Shown one piece after another: positions 9,294 to 17,287 of a stretch of 64,000 nt of DNA. Numbering within the stretch: position 1 is the stretch's first letter; each line of letters begins with the position of its first letter. The DNA is from a virus. Below the pieces are notes generated by a model, which was not told where the DNA came from, searched no databases, and worked only from the letters and a program-made list of their open reading frames with translations. The DNA lies in IMG/VR virus record IMGVR_UViG_3300031754_000002, positions 1 through 64,000 of that record; one strand, 5' to 3'. Position numbers and translations under genes: made by a program.

Positions 9294-9753
9294 GCGGCTC
9301 GACCCATCCTGGATCACGCGGCCCAAGGACCGTGCCGTCCTCGGCGCGCTGGAGCCTGCCGTCTCGGACCAGCCGATCAACGAAAGGCATCGACGGCTCA
9401 TCTACGGCCCACTCGGGATTGCGTTCTCGTGCCTGTGGGTCGTTCGCTGCCCACCAGAAGGCAATCTCCCAATCTGGCACTCCAGCCCCTCCTTCATGCA
9501 CCGGCCAGTAACGACGCAGCGCGCGCACCGGAAAGTGATGGTCGAGCGCCACGGCAAGAGCGCGAAACCCCTCTTCTTGGTCGCCACCGAAGCGCACGGT
9601 CGGCTCGGGATAACAGTGGCCCCGCTCCCTGCCACCTTCACACGACTCGAACGTCTCCACCCCAGCCTCACGCAACGCGTCCACATACGGAGCCACGCCA
9701 GGATCAAGCTCGGGGAGCATCCGCGCACGCCACGCCTCATGGTCAGGGTTCAT
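9271..9753 (-). CDS. Hypothetical protein, paralog of 5716-6171
   Basis: Shared motifs; AAGGAGG RBS. Confidence 0.75.
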   Translation of the reverse strand: MNPDHEAWRARMLPELDPGVAPYVDALREAGVETFESCEGGRERGHCYPEPTVRFGGDQEEGFRALAVALDHHFPVRALRRYWPVHEGGAGVPDWEIAFWWAANDPQARERNPEWAVDEPSMPFVDRLVRDGRLQRAEDGTVLGPRDPGWVEPPTLAAVP

Positions 9754-9874
9754 CCCACCCTCCTTCTTTCGGCTAAACACCGGCCCGCTACGGCTATTGC
9801 ACACCGGCACAAGCATCACTCACGTGCAGATAGTAAGGCTCTACTAATGCAACCGTCTAAACCGGAGGTCCGCC

Positions 9875-10351
9875 ATGCGGAATAATAGCTCGTGGGTTCT
9901 GTTCCTGCGCTTCCTTGCTAGCGGAGCGATCCTGTTCGGCATAGGCGGTTGTGCAAACAGTTCCGCCCAGGTGTCATCAACCACTGTGGCGTCTACAGCA
10001 CCCACGTATATCCAAGCCGAACATGCCGAGACCGCTTTCGAGACGCGCTTCCGCGCCGAATACATGGCGGGCAAGAACCAAGGCTATCTACGCTCTAGCA
10101 CTGTCCGCTTTAGGACACCTTGCCATAGTGAGGGGAGCGGTAGGTGGACCTGCGAAGGCTGGGGAATGGAAGCTATGGCTGGGAGCGAAAACTGTGTTCT
10201 CGTGACTGCCACTGCGACCGCCAGCGGCGTTGAAGGCGAACTCCATGCCGAAACCGAGTCGCCACAGCAAGAAGGATTCAACGTCTGCCGCGAAGGAACC
10301 AAGGAAGGACAGCCGCTCGGAAACCTAAACGCCGAAGGAGGCACTGAATGA
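9875..10351 (+). CDS. Putative lipoprotein
   Basis: Hydrophobic signal followed by IGGC lipobox; GGAGG RBS. Confidence 0.7.
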   Translation: MRNNSSWVLFLRFLASGAILFGIGGCANSSAQVSSTTVASTAPTYIQAEHAETAFETRFRAEYMAGKNQGYLRSSTVRFRTPCHSEGSGRWTCEGWGMEAMAGSENCVLVTATATASGVEGELHAETESPQQEGFNVCREGTKEGQPLGNLNAEGGTE

Positions 10352-10719
10352 TACGCCTACTACTAGCCCTAACCGCCGTCACCGTGCTCTGCATTTCGCC
10401 AGACGCGTACGCAGCTACCCATCACCACAAACACCATGCCGTGCATCGCGCCACAGTTCCAGTCGTCGCCCCAACCGAAACGCTCGATCTAGTCGAGGCG
10501 GCCTACGCCATCGAAACCCAGTCAGTCAAAAACTGGAATACGCCCGGTGTAGAAGCAGCCGTGAGCGAATGTCATTATCTCGCGCACCCCTGGGAAGTCC
10601 AGTGCGTCGTGGACTGGACAGACCCGTCCTGGGTATCGCCTATATGCGGACGCCTTGTGATATCCGGCCTCGATACCGCGATCCTCGAAGACGGTCACAT
10701 CGATGTCTATGCTGCCTAA
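10348..10719 (+). CDS. Secreted hypothetical protein
   Basis: Signal peptide ending AYA; His-rich mature N-terminus. Confidence 0.7.
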   Translation: MIRLLLALTAVTVLCISPDAYAATHHHKHHAVHRATVPVVAPTETLDLVEAAYAIETQSVKNWNTPGVEAAVSECHYLAHPWEVQCVVDWTDPSWVSPICGRLVISGLDTAILEDGHIDVYAA

Positions 10720-10721
10720 AA

Positions 10722-11417
10722 CTACAGCAATAGCGTCTGATATTCGACGCTGACATTTTCCACAAGCGCCGCCTGCCATGTCTGACCCGGATTGACATCG
10801 AAGGGACCATAAGGGAGGATGAGATCATTGAGCGACGGAGCCTGGACCTGGAACATTTCGGGTAGTTCGACACCCCCTACGAAGACCCCCAGCCAGCCCT
10901 TCTGGTTTTCTTCCACCCGTACACGCAGCATCACCCGTGCCGGGCGCGTTTTACTGGGTTCGATTTTTTCGGCCGATTTTTCGTACGGTTTTCGCACCGA
11001 CCATAGCTGTTCCCGCTTGGGTTCGCCGAACATGAGCCAGTTGACGCCATCGGGGTACAGGATCGCCCACTGATTCACCGCAAACTTGACTTCCGCTGCT
11101 TCGATTGGACCCCCCCGGATTTTTTCCCCGTGGGTAGCTTTCAAGCTCAACACACCCACCGTACAAAACACCGCCACCGGCAGGTTCGCCGTCGTCGCAG
11201 CAGGCAGATTCACAGTCGCCGTCGCTGTCGTCTCCACCAGTTCCCCGGCTTTCGCCGTCACTTCCACGGCAGTCGATTTGACCGTCAGGAAGCGTTGCCC
11301 GAAGATCACGTTCAAGCGTTCCGCGAGTTCTTTGAAATCCGCCGCGCCTAGTTTGACTTTGCCCGTCGGATCAGGATACGGAAGTGACCATGGAGTAGCG
11401 GTTTCGTGTTCCGGAAT
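10722..11417 (-). CDS. Virion/tail fibre-associated protein, probable ATT start
   Basis: Frame opens at ATT CCG GAA (IPEHETATPWSLPYPD...) after AAAGGAGG; in-frame stops lie just upstream. Confidence 0.65.
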   Translation of the reverse strand: MPEHETATPWSLPYPDPTGKVKLGAADFKELAERLNVIFGQRFLTVKSTAVEVTAKAGELVETTATATVNLPAATTANLPVAVFCTVGVLSLKATHGEKIRGGPIEAAEVKFAVNQWAILYPDGVNWLMFGEPKREQLWSVRKPYEKSAEKIEPSKTRPARVMLRVRVEENQKGWLGVFVGGVELPEMFQVQAPSLNDLILPYGPFDVNPGQTWQAALVENVSVEYQTLLL

Positions 11418-11440
11418 AGGTCATCACCTCCTTTTCGCAG

Positions 11441-11971
11441 CTAGTCGTGCATAGACCACGCTTCTCGTGTGATCTCGAAGAACTTCCCGCGCGCTGAGCC
11501 ATACCACCGGACCTCATAGTCACCCGCATAATGGCCGTCCGGCTCTCCCGTCCACTGCACGAAAACTTCACCATCTCCGCGGCTATGAATCTGTCCGTCT
11601 GGATACGTCCGCACACCAGACGGACCCTTCACCACACACTCCATGACTCCGTGAATAGACGATGGCTCATGCGTCGCATCTTCCCTGCGCCTAAGAGCGA
11701 ATTGAACGCCATTACCGGCGATATGTCCAGTAGCCCTCCAACGCTCATTCGACCGCGACCAGCGATAGCACCCCAGCTCGAATAGAAACAGACCACCTCG
11801 AACCACAACGAGCGCTCCAACACCCCCGACCACCGCCGCGAGCAGGATGTCTGACCACGAGGCAGACAGAAGCTCGTGGGTCCGCGTCTGCGCCTCATGC
11901 GTAGCCTGCCAGGTAGCTCCAACGAGTGCACCTAACAACGCAACAACGCCCTGCATAATGGAGCGGCCCAT
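11441..11971 (-). CDS. Membrane protein (moron) inserted in the tail operon
   Basis: Two hydrophobic segments; sits next to a dif-like site. Confidence 0.55.
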   Translation of the reverse strand: MGRSIMQGVVALLGALVGATWQATHEAQTRTHELLSASWSDILLAAVVGGVGALVVVRGGLFLFELGCYRWSRSNERWRATGHIAGNGVQFALRRREDATHEPSSIHGVMECVVKGPSGVRTYPDGQIHSRGDGEVFVQWTGEPDGHYAGDYEVRWYGSARGKFFEITREAWSMHD

Positions 11972-12121
11972 GCGCTCCTCGCTGGCCTGATATACCCGCC
12001 ACAACACTCGCCCGCTCGGAAAGCCATCGTGCACGCAGTCATCATCCCGCAATGGCTAGGCGCCTGGTTTTGTGTCTGGGTTTCTCGGCTTCTGCTAAGC
12101 TCGCCGCGAGAGGATAGACCT

Positions 12122-12149
12122 AGGTTCCATAGCATGAATTATCGAGCGT
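12122..12149 (-). promoter_or_regulatory. dif-like XerC/XerD site
   Basis: ACGCTCGATAA-TTCATG-CTATGGAACCT. Confidence 0.55.
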
Positions 12150-12219
12150 AGAATAGCATACGCCCAACGTTCACGGGCTTTCCGCTCGACGCTAGGTTGC
12201 CATAACATCGCTCTTTGCG

Positions 12220-13392
12220 TCAGAATTCGCCCGGCAGCACGTTTTCCCAGGTCACGCCAGCGCCGACTCCTTCCCACGTCAATGCGCCTTCAATCCAGGC
12301 TCCTTCAACTTCCACGACCTCATAGAACAGTCCGGCCGGCTTGACCGAGTTGATGGCTTCGTACAACGCGTTGCTTGCTTTCCCCAGCGGTACGAGCACC
12401 ACGAAGAAATAGGCGTCCGGTTCGCCGTTGGCGTTCGTCCGCTCCTCGATCGTGAACGGCTCCCCAACACCAAGCACCCGTTCAATCGCTGCTTCCATCA
12501 ACGCCAACGTACCCCGCGCGAACCCGGAGTGTGCTTCCAGGATCGCGCGCGCTTCTGCTTCTGACGCACCAACCGGGATGACGGTCCCTACGAACATCCC
12601 GAGATACGCGAGTGCGTCAGCAGGGCATGTTTCGACGTTGAACAAGGTGCCGAACCCCGGCACGTAGCCCGGTAGGACCGTGACGCTATCGCCTTTTACA
12701 CCGCTCCATTCATAGCCCGGCGAGTCACCATCTACGTATGGTTCGGATGTGGAAACGGCAGCAATCAGGATGTTGACTTTAGCCGCTTCGATAGTGCCTA
12801 CGGAGAATGCTACCATGCCCGAAGCACTCGGTGTCAACGTGACTGAGTGTCGTGTCCATGTGCTGCCACTCTGTGTGATATCGACGCTAGCCGTACCACA
12901 CGCTCCCGAGCCGAGCGATAGCCGCACTTTCACACCGGCCACCGCTTCATACAATGACACGTGAACCGTGATCGGTATGCCTTTCGTAACTGGCAGTATT
13001 TCTGCGGTGTGCGCGCCTTCCTGCGTAGTGCTACCGGCCGTACTGATATCAAGGTAGCTGTCTAGCCCGAAGATCGACGTGGCCTGCGAATACCCAGGGA
13101 TGATATAGACTTTGTTCGTCGCCCCTTCGCCTATCAGCCAGCTCGCGTTGTTAGACCATCCCGCAGCAGCACCAAGATACGTGTCATGCGCAAAGCTCGG
13201 GTTCGGGATCAGGTTCGCCGTCGTGCTCGGAGTGCCGTCGCTGCCCTGTTCTTCCGCTAGTCCCAAGGCCGGCTGAAACATCGCGCCCAGCGCGTTTGTG
13301 AGTCTCGCCAAATCAGTCTTCCCGGCGATCTTCGGGCCGGTATCCCACGGGGCCAGACGTTCTAGCAGGCGTTCACCGAAGGTGGTACTCAT
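12220..13392 (-). CDS. Baseplate wedge protein (P2 gpI-like) with inserted carbohydrate-binding-like domain
   Basis: ETCPADALAYLGMFVG...RGT...AIERVL...KPAGL; NLIPNPSF domain start; follows baseplate J. Confidence 0.75.
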   Translation of the reverse strand: MSTTFGERLLERLAPWDTGPKIAGKTDLARLTNALGAMFQPALGLAEEQGSDGTPSTTANLIPNPSFAHDTYLGAAAGWSNNASWLIGEGATNKVYIIPGYSQATSIFGLDSYLDISTAGSTTQEGAHTAEILPVTKGIPITVHVSLYEAVAGVKVRLSLGSGACGTASVDITQSGSTWTRHSVTLTPSASGMVAFSVGTIEAAKVNILIAAVSTSEPYVDGDSPGYEWSGVKGDSVTVLPGYVPGFGTLFNVETCPADALAYLGMFVGTVIPVGASEAEARAILEAHSGFARGTLALMEAAIERVLGVGEPFTIEERTNANGEPDAYFFVVLVPLGKASNALYEAINSVKPAGLFYEVVEVEGAWIEGALTWEGVGAGVTWENVLPGEF

Positions 13393-13468
13393 GGTATCCT
13401 CCCATGTAAGCGGGCCAGCGACGAGTCACCGTCCTGGCCCATGGCCACACCTAAGCGAGAGGTGCAGT

Positions 13469-14128
13469 ATGAGCAAGACTATCGAGATTCCTCTACTAGC
13501 CGACGGCTCGGTAGCGCTTATCGACGCGGCCGATGCCGTGCAGGCACGGTGGCGATGGACGCGACAAACTAACGGCTATGTTGTCCGCGCCACACCCACA
13601 CGCAAAGCCATTCTCCTCCACCGCGAGATCCTTGGTATCAGCGATGCTGGCTTCTATGTGCAGGCCGACCACATCAACCGGAACAAGCTTGACAACCGCC
13701 GCGTGAATCTTCGCATCGTCACGATCGCACAGAACCGACAGAATCAGCCGGCTCGTGGGGGCACCTCGTCTTATCGTGGCGTCTCGTGGGCTAAGGACCG
13801 TAAGCGCTGGGTCGCGTACGGTGCTATCGACGAACATTTTTACCGCTTTGGCTCCTTTACTGACGAGCTTGCTGCGGCTCGTGCGGCCGAGGCGTTTCGG
13901 CGCGTGCATATGACCCACGCGGTCCCGGACCTCTCTCTCGACCCTCTGCCGCCATGTCCCTGTCGAGACTGTTCACCGCAAATACCACAGTCACCAACTA
14001 CCTGCGATGTCGATGACTGTAAACGTCTGGCCGAGTCGCGCGGCTGGTGCGCGATGCACTATAAGCGCTGGCGGACACATGGTGATCCGCTCAAGATTGG
14101 TCGGTCGGGGCGCCCTAAACGGCAGTAA
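13469..14128 (+). CDS. HNH homing endonuclease with AP2 domain
   Basis: LHREIL...ADHINRNKLDNRRVNLR; SSYRGVSW...KRWVAY; C-terminal CDVDDC...GWCAMHYKRW. Confidence 0.9.
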   Translation: MSKTIEIPLLADGSVALIDAADAVQARWRWTRQTNGYVVRATPTRKAILLHREILGISDAGFYVQADHINRNKLDNRRVNLRIVTIAQNRQNQPARGGTSSYRGVSWAKDRKRWVAYGAIDEHFYRFGSFTDELAAARAAEAFRRVHMTHAVPDLSLDPLPPCPCRDCSPQIPQSPTTCDVDDCKRLAESRGWCAMHYKRWRTHGDPLKIGRSGRPKRQ

Positions 14129-15569
14129 TGATTATTTGCGCCGGTTCGACCAATGGGAGCGGTGCAGCACCCGGAAGGGTCAAATCAAGCGTTTCCGTTG
14201 GAGTGACAGAGAGCCCGATAGCCAATCCAGCACTGCCCGCAGGCACGTAGGCTACGCCCTGGACGGCGCCCATAACCTCGATAATCTGATTGTACCGTAC
14301 GAGATTGAAGCCTTGGGTAGCGTTTAGCCAGACGTTAGACCCGGTGGTTGCACCCGTCGGATTGCCATAGGTTGCGGGGGACAGGTAGGATTCTACCGAG
14401 CTTTTCACATTCGCGGCCACGGTCGCAGCAACATAGCCGGGAAGTGCGTGTATCTCCCCTGTAACATACACTTTTGAGTATTTCGCTGATTCCACGTAAA
14501 TCAAGAATCCCAGCTCGCGCAGCGTCTCCAGCCATTCCAGCAGCTTTTCGCGGGCTTCGGTCGTGAGCGCCAACCCTTGCGGGTTTGTGACGAACACTGT
14601 GACAGTGCGCTGGTTTTCATAAGATCCGGTAGCTGTGATTTCGGTTTCTTCGGTTTTCGTCGCGGCTTTGCTCAACACCAGCGTTTTCGCGCCTTCGTTC
14701 ACAGACACCACTGTCGTACCCGCAACGATCCCGACCCCGGAGAGTTCGGAGCCAGGGTGTATCTGCGGTAGCGCTTTCGATTCCGGCGAGACACCCGTGA
14801 ACGACGTAACAGCCGTGACGCTCGTTTTGCCGTTTTCGATTTTGGCTTTGAATTTGTGGGCTTCTGGGTTATATCCGTCAATCGCTGTGGCCCTGCCAAC
14901 CACTACACCCGACGGGAGAATGCTCGCGGGAGCACCCAGCGCCATTTGCGCGAAGTTTGCTGCGGTGATCGGCCTCGGCGCCTGGAGTTCAAGCTGCGAC
15001 GCGAGCCGGTTCATGTACGTCGCGTCGGTTTCCTGGTTCGCACCCCCAGTCGTTTCCCCCACCACAACGACTTCGCTGAGGAAGTTCAGGTTGTTGACTG
15101 GGGTTAGGCTCGTTACGCCGTTGCCTTCGGTGCCGCGTTCCGATGCGACCACAATGACCGTAGCTTCTTTTTCGCCTTTGGCTACTTTGACTTCTTTTTC
15201 GACGTAGAACGCCAAGCCGGAGCCTTCAAGCTGGAACCCGGCCGGGATCGTTCTTGCAGGGAATTCGCCGCCTTCTTCGAGAAGCTTGAATTTCGCCGTG
15301 ACGGTGGCTGCTGCGCCTTCGTTGTAGAGCAGTTTCAGTAGCTTTGTCCCGAATTGCCGGAACGCCGCTTCCAACAACACGGACTCGATCAATGCGGCAT
15401 TAGCGGCCATTGGTGCGATCACGTTGATAAGAATTACCTCGGGGTTCCCTTCGTTCGGCACCCAGCCAACGATCCCACGCGCTTCGAGTTCTTCCGCGTA
15501 CTTGTCCAGCGCTGTGTCTACAAGCTGGCTGGCTTCGGTTGAGATGGCCACCCGCTGGAATTCACCCAT
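14115..15569 (-). CDS. Baseplate J-like protein
   Basis: RTIPAG, GTEGNG, TTGGANQETDATYMNRL motifs; gene position. Confidence 0.88.
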   Translation of the reverse strand: MGEFQRVAISTEASQLVDTALDKYAEELEARGIVGWVPNEGNPEVILINVIAPMAANAALIESVLLEAAFRQFGTKLLKLLYNEGAAATVTAKFKLLEEGGEFPARTIPAGFQLEGSGLAFYVEKEVKVAKGEKEATVIVVASERGTEGNGVTSLTPVNNLNFLSEVVVVGETTGGANQETDATYMNRLASQLELQAPRPITAANFAQMALGAPASILPSGVVVGRATAIDGYNPEAHKFKAKIENGKTSVTAVTSFTGVSPESKALPQIHPGSELSGVGIVAGTTVVSVNEGAKTLVLSKAATKTEETEITATGSYENQRTVTVFVTNPQGLALTTEAREKLLEWLETLRELGFLIYVESAKYSKVYVTGEIHALPGYVAATVAANVKSSVESYLSPATYGNPTGATTGSNVWLNATQGFNLVRYNQIIEVMGAVQGVAYVPAGSAGLAIGLSVTPTETLDLTLPGAAPLPLVEPAQIIITAV

Positions 15570-15645
15570 AGTAATAGAGAATGCCGTCGAAGAACCAGCC
15601 TACTTCCGCCGCTAGACGCTTGATGCAATCCCAAGGGTCGCTCAT
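15562..15645 (-). CDS. 27-aa mini-ORF copying a segment of the hub protein
   Basis: MSDPWDCIKRLAAEVGWFFDGILYYYG vs hub ENSWDCIERLAGAVNWFAFTNGHTFYYM. Confidence 0.55.
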   Translation of the reverse strand: MSDPWDCIKRLAAEVGWFFDGILYYYG

Positions 15646-15647
15646 GG

Positions 15648-15950
15648 CTATACCTCGATTGTGATCTGGCGTATCGCCGTGTTCAACGCTTCTTCCTGTT
15701 CGGAAAGCGTTAGGTCCGCCCGTGGCTCCCAGCGGGTGATCTGTTCGTTGAGGGCTTCCAGGTCCAATGGGATGTTCTGGAATGTCTGGTCCGCGATGCC
15801 GAATTCGGGGGAGTCTTCACGAAAGCCCTGTATGCAACTTGCAACGTTGAAGACGCAGTTCGCTATCTCCGCTTCGGAATCCTGTATTGCGGTTGCTGCG
15901 ATGCCTTTAGCGTTGACTGCGTATGGGAAGGTCAGATGTGTAGGCTCCAT
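15648..15950 (-). CDS. Baseplate wedge gp25/GpW-like protein
   Basis: PEFGI...ITRWEPRA motif; lies upstream of J. Confidence 0.8.
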   Translation of the reverse strand: MEPTHLTFPYAVNAKGIAATAIQDSEAEIANCVFNVASCIQGFREDSPEFGIADQTFQNIPLDLEALNEQITRWEPRADLTLSEQEEALNTAIRQITIEV

Positions 15951-15959
15951 TATGGCCCC

Positions 15960-17264
15960 CTACCCGTTTGCCGTCTTTACGAGCTCCGTGATGTTACCTT
16001 CGTTGGCGATCTTTATGAGTGCTGACCCTATGAAGGTGTTGCCGCTTATCAGAACACCCACGATACCCGCAGCAAGCCCGTTGATAGCGTTAGATGCTTC
16101 GGCGTTTGAGCCGCCAAAGTGATTGCCGAGGATCGCGACCCCACGTGTTCCGCCCGCCAACTGGATAAAGTTAGTTGGCTGTTTGGCTCCCGAGTCGAAT
16201 AGGTTGCCCGTGACGGTCACGCCTGAGTATAGACCGCCTAGCGCGAAGCTCCCTGCTCCGGTGACATCGCCCCACCAGTTCCCGGAGATAACATTGGCTT
16301 CTTGTAGTACACCTGCCGCCACAGCACTCGCGTACGGCCCGGAAGCCACTTCGCCAGTGCGCGCAATCGGACATATAGCGCCAGACGCCAACGGCTCGAA
16401 GGTGTTGTTTTCGATCACGACCCCTTGCTGCATGTTCACAATCGCTGCGGTGCCCATTTCACTAAAGCCATTACCCCTAATGGCAATAACGTTAGTCGGT
16501 CCAATACCCGCGCTACCATCCCATCCAACGATACCATATTTCATGGTCTGAAACTGGTTGTTTTGGATCGACCCATTGATTAGCGAAGTGGCGTGAATTC
16601 CACAACTCGTCCCAACGCCCCCCGCAAACCAGTTGTTTTCAACGACCGCCAACGATGACACCCGCGCACTTTCGCCGGGGTTGAAGTCAATCATTGGTCC
16701 CGTGTATGTGGCCGATCCTGCTTCTATCTTTAGCCCCTTGAGTTCCAAGCCCTGGGTCAACTTGGCCGAAATGATTGGCCTACCGTCGGATGGGGTATAC
16801 CTGATCGTCGGCATTGATCCTACGGCCGCGCTACCCGCTAGCCCTTGCAGGCCGACGCTTTTCAGTTTGTCTATCACCAGTGGGTTGGAAGTAATATATG
16901 CGCCGCTTGAGGGCGGGAATACAACCTTCTGACCGGTGGCGATTGCGCCCTGAATTGCTTCAGTGTCGTCGGTCACGCCGTCGCCCTTCGCGCCCCATTC
17001 CTTGACGTTGTTACCTTTTCCTTCCCACCACAGCACGCGAGGTATGTCGCCTTCACCGAACCCCACCTGCACTGCCGCTCCCCGTGCTGGTAGCGCCGTG
17101 CCGTGTATCGCGCCCCACTGGCACGGCCCCAACGGCACATGCGGATCCATTTCCGGCACCACTACCCACAGTAGATCCGTAAACGCTTTCGGTGCGGGCT
17201 TCACAGTCGAGACGTGGCCGTCAACGATCGTCCGCTGGGGCACTGCGTCAACATGGTTCGCCAT
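15960..17264 (-). CDS. Baseplate spike: N-terminal OB-like domain plus pectate-lyase-like beta helix
   Basis: NVKEWGAKGDGVTDDTEAIQGAI; repeated I.GN.F beta-helix coils. Confidence 0.8.
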   Translation of the reverse strand: MANHVDAVPQRTIVDGHVSTVKPAPKAFTDLLWVVVPEMDPHVPLGPCQWGAIHGTALPARGAAVQVGFGEGDIPRVLWWEGKGNNVKEWGAKGDGVTDDTEAIQGAIATGQKVVFPPSSGAYITSNPLVIDKLKSVGLQGLAGSAAVGSMPTIRYTPSDGRPIISAKLTQGLELKGLKIEAGSATYTGPMIDFNPGESARVSSLAVVENNWFAGGVGTSCGIHATSLINGSIQNNQFQTMKYGIVGWDGSAGIGPTNVIAIRGNGFSEMGTAAIVNMQQGVVIENNTFEPLASGAICPIARTGEVASGPYASAVAAGVLQEANVISGNWWGDVTGAGSFALGGLYSGVTVTGNLFDSGAKQPTNFIQLAGGTRGVAILGNHFGGSNAEASNAINGLAAGIVGVLISGNTFIGSALIKIANEGNITELVKTANG

Positions 17265-17287
17265 GACAATCGCGGGATTAGGTATCT

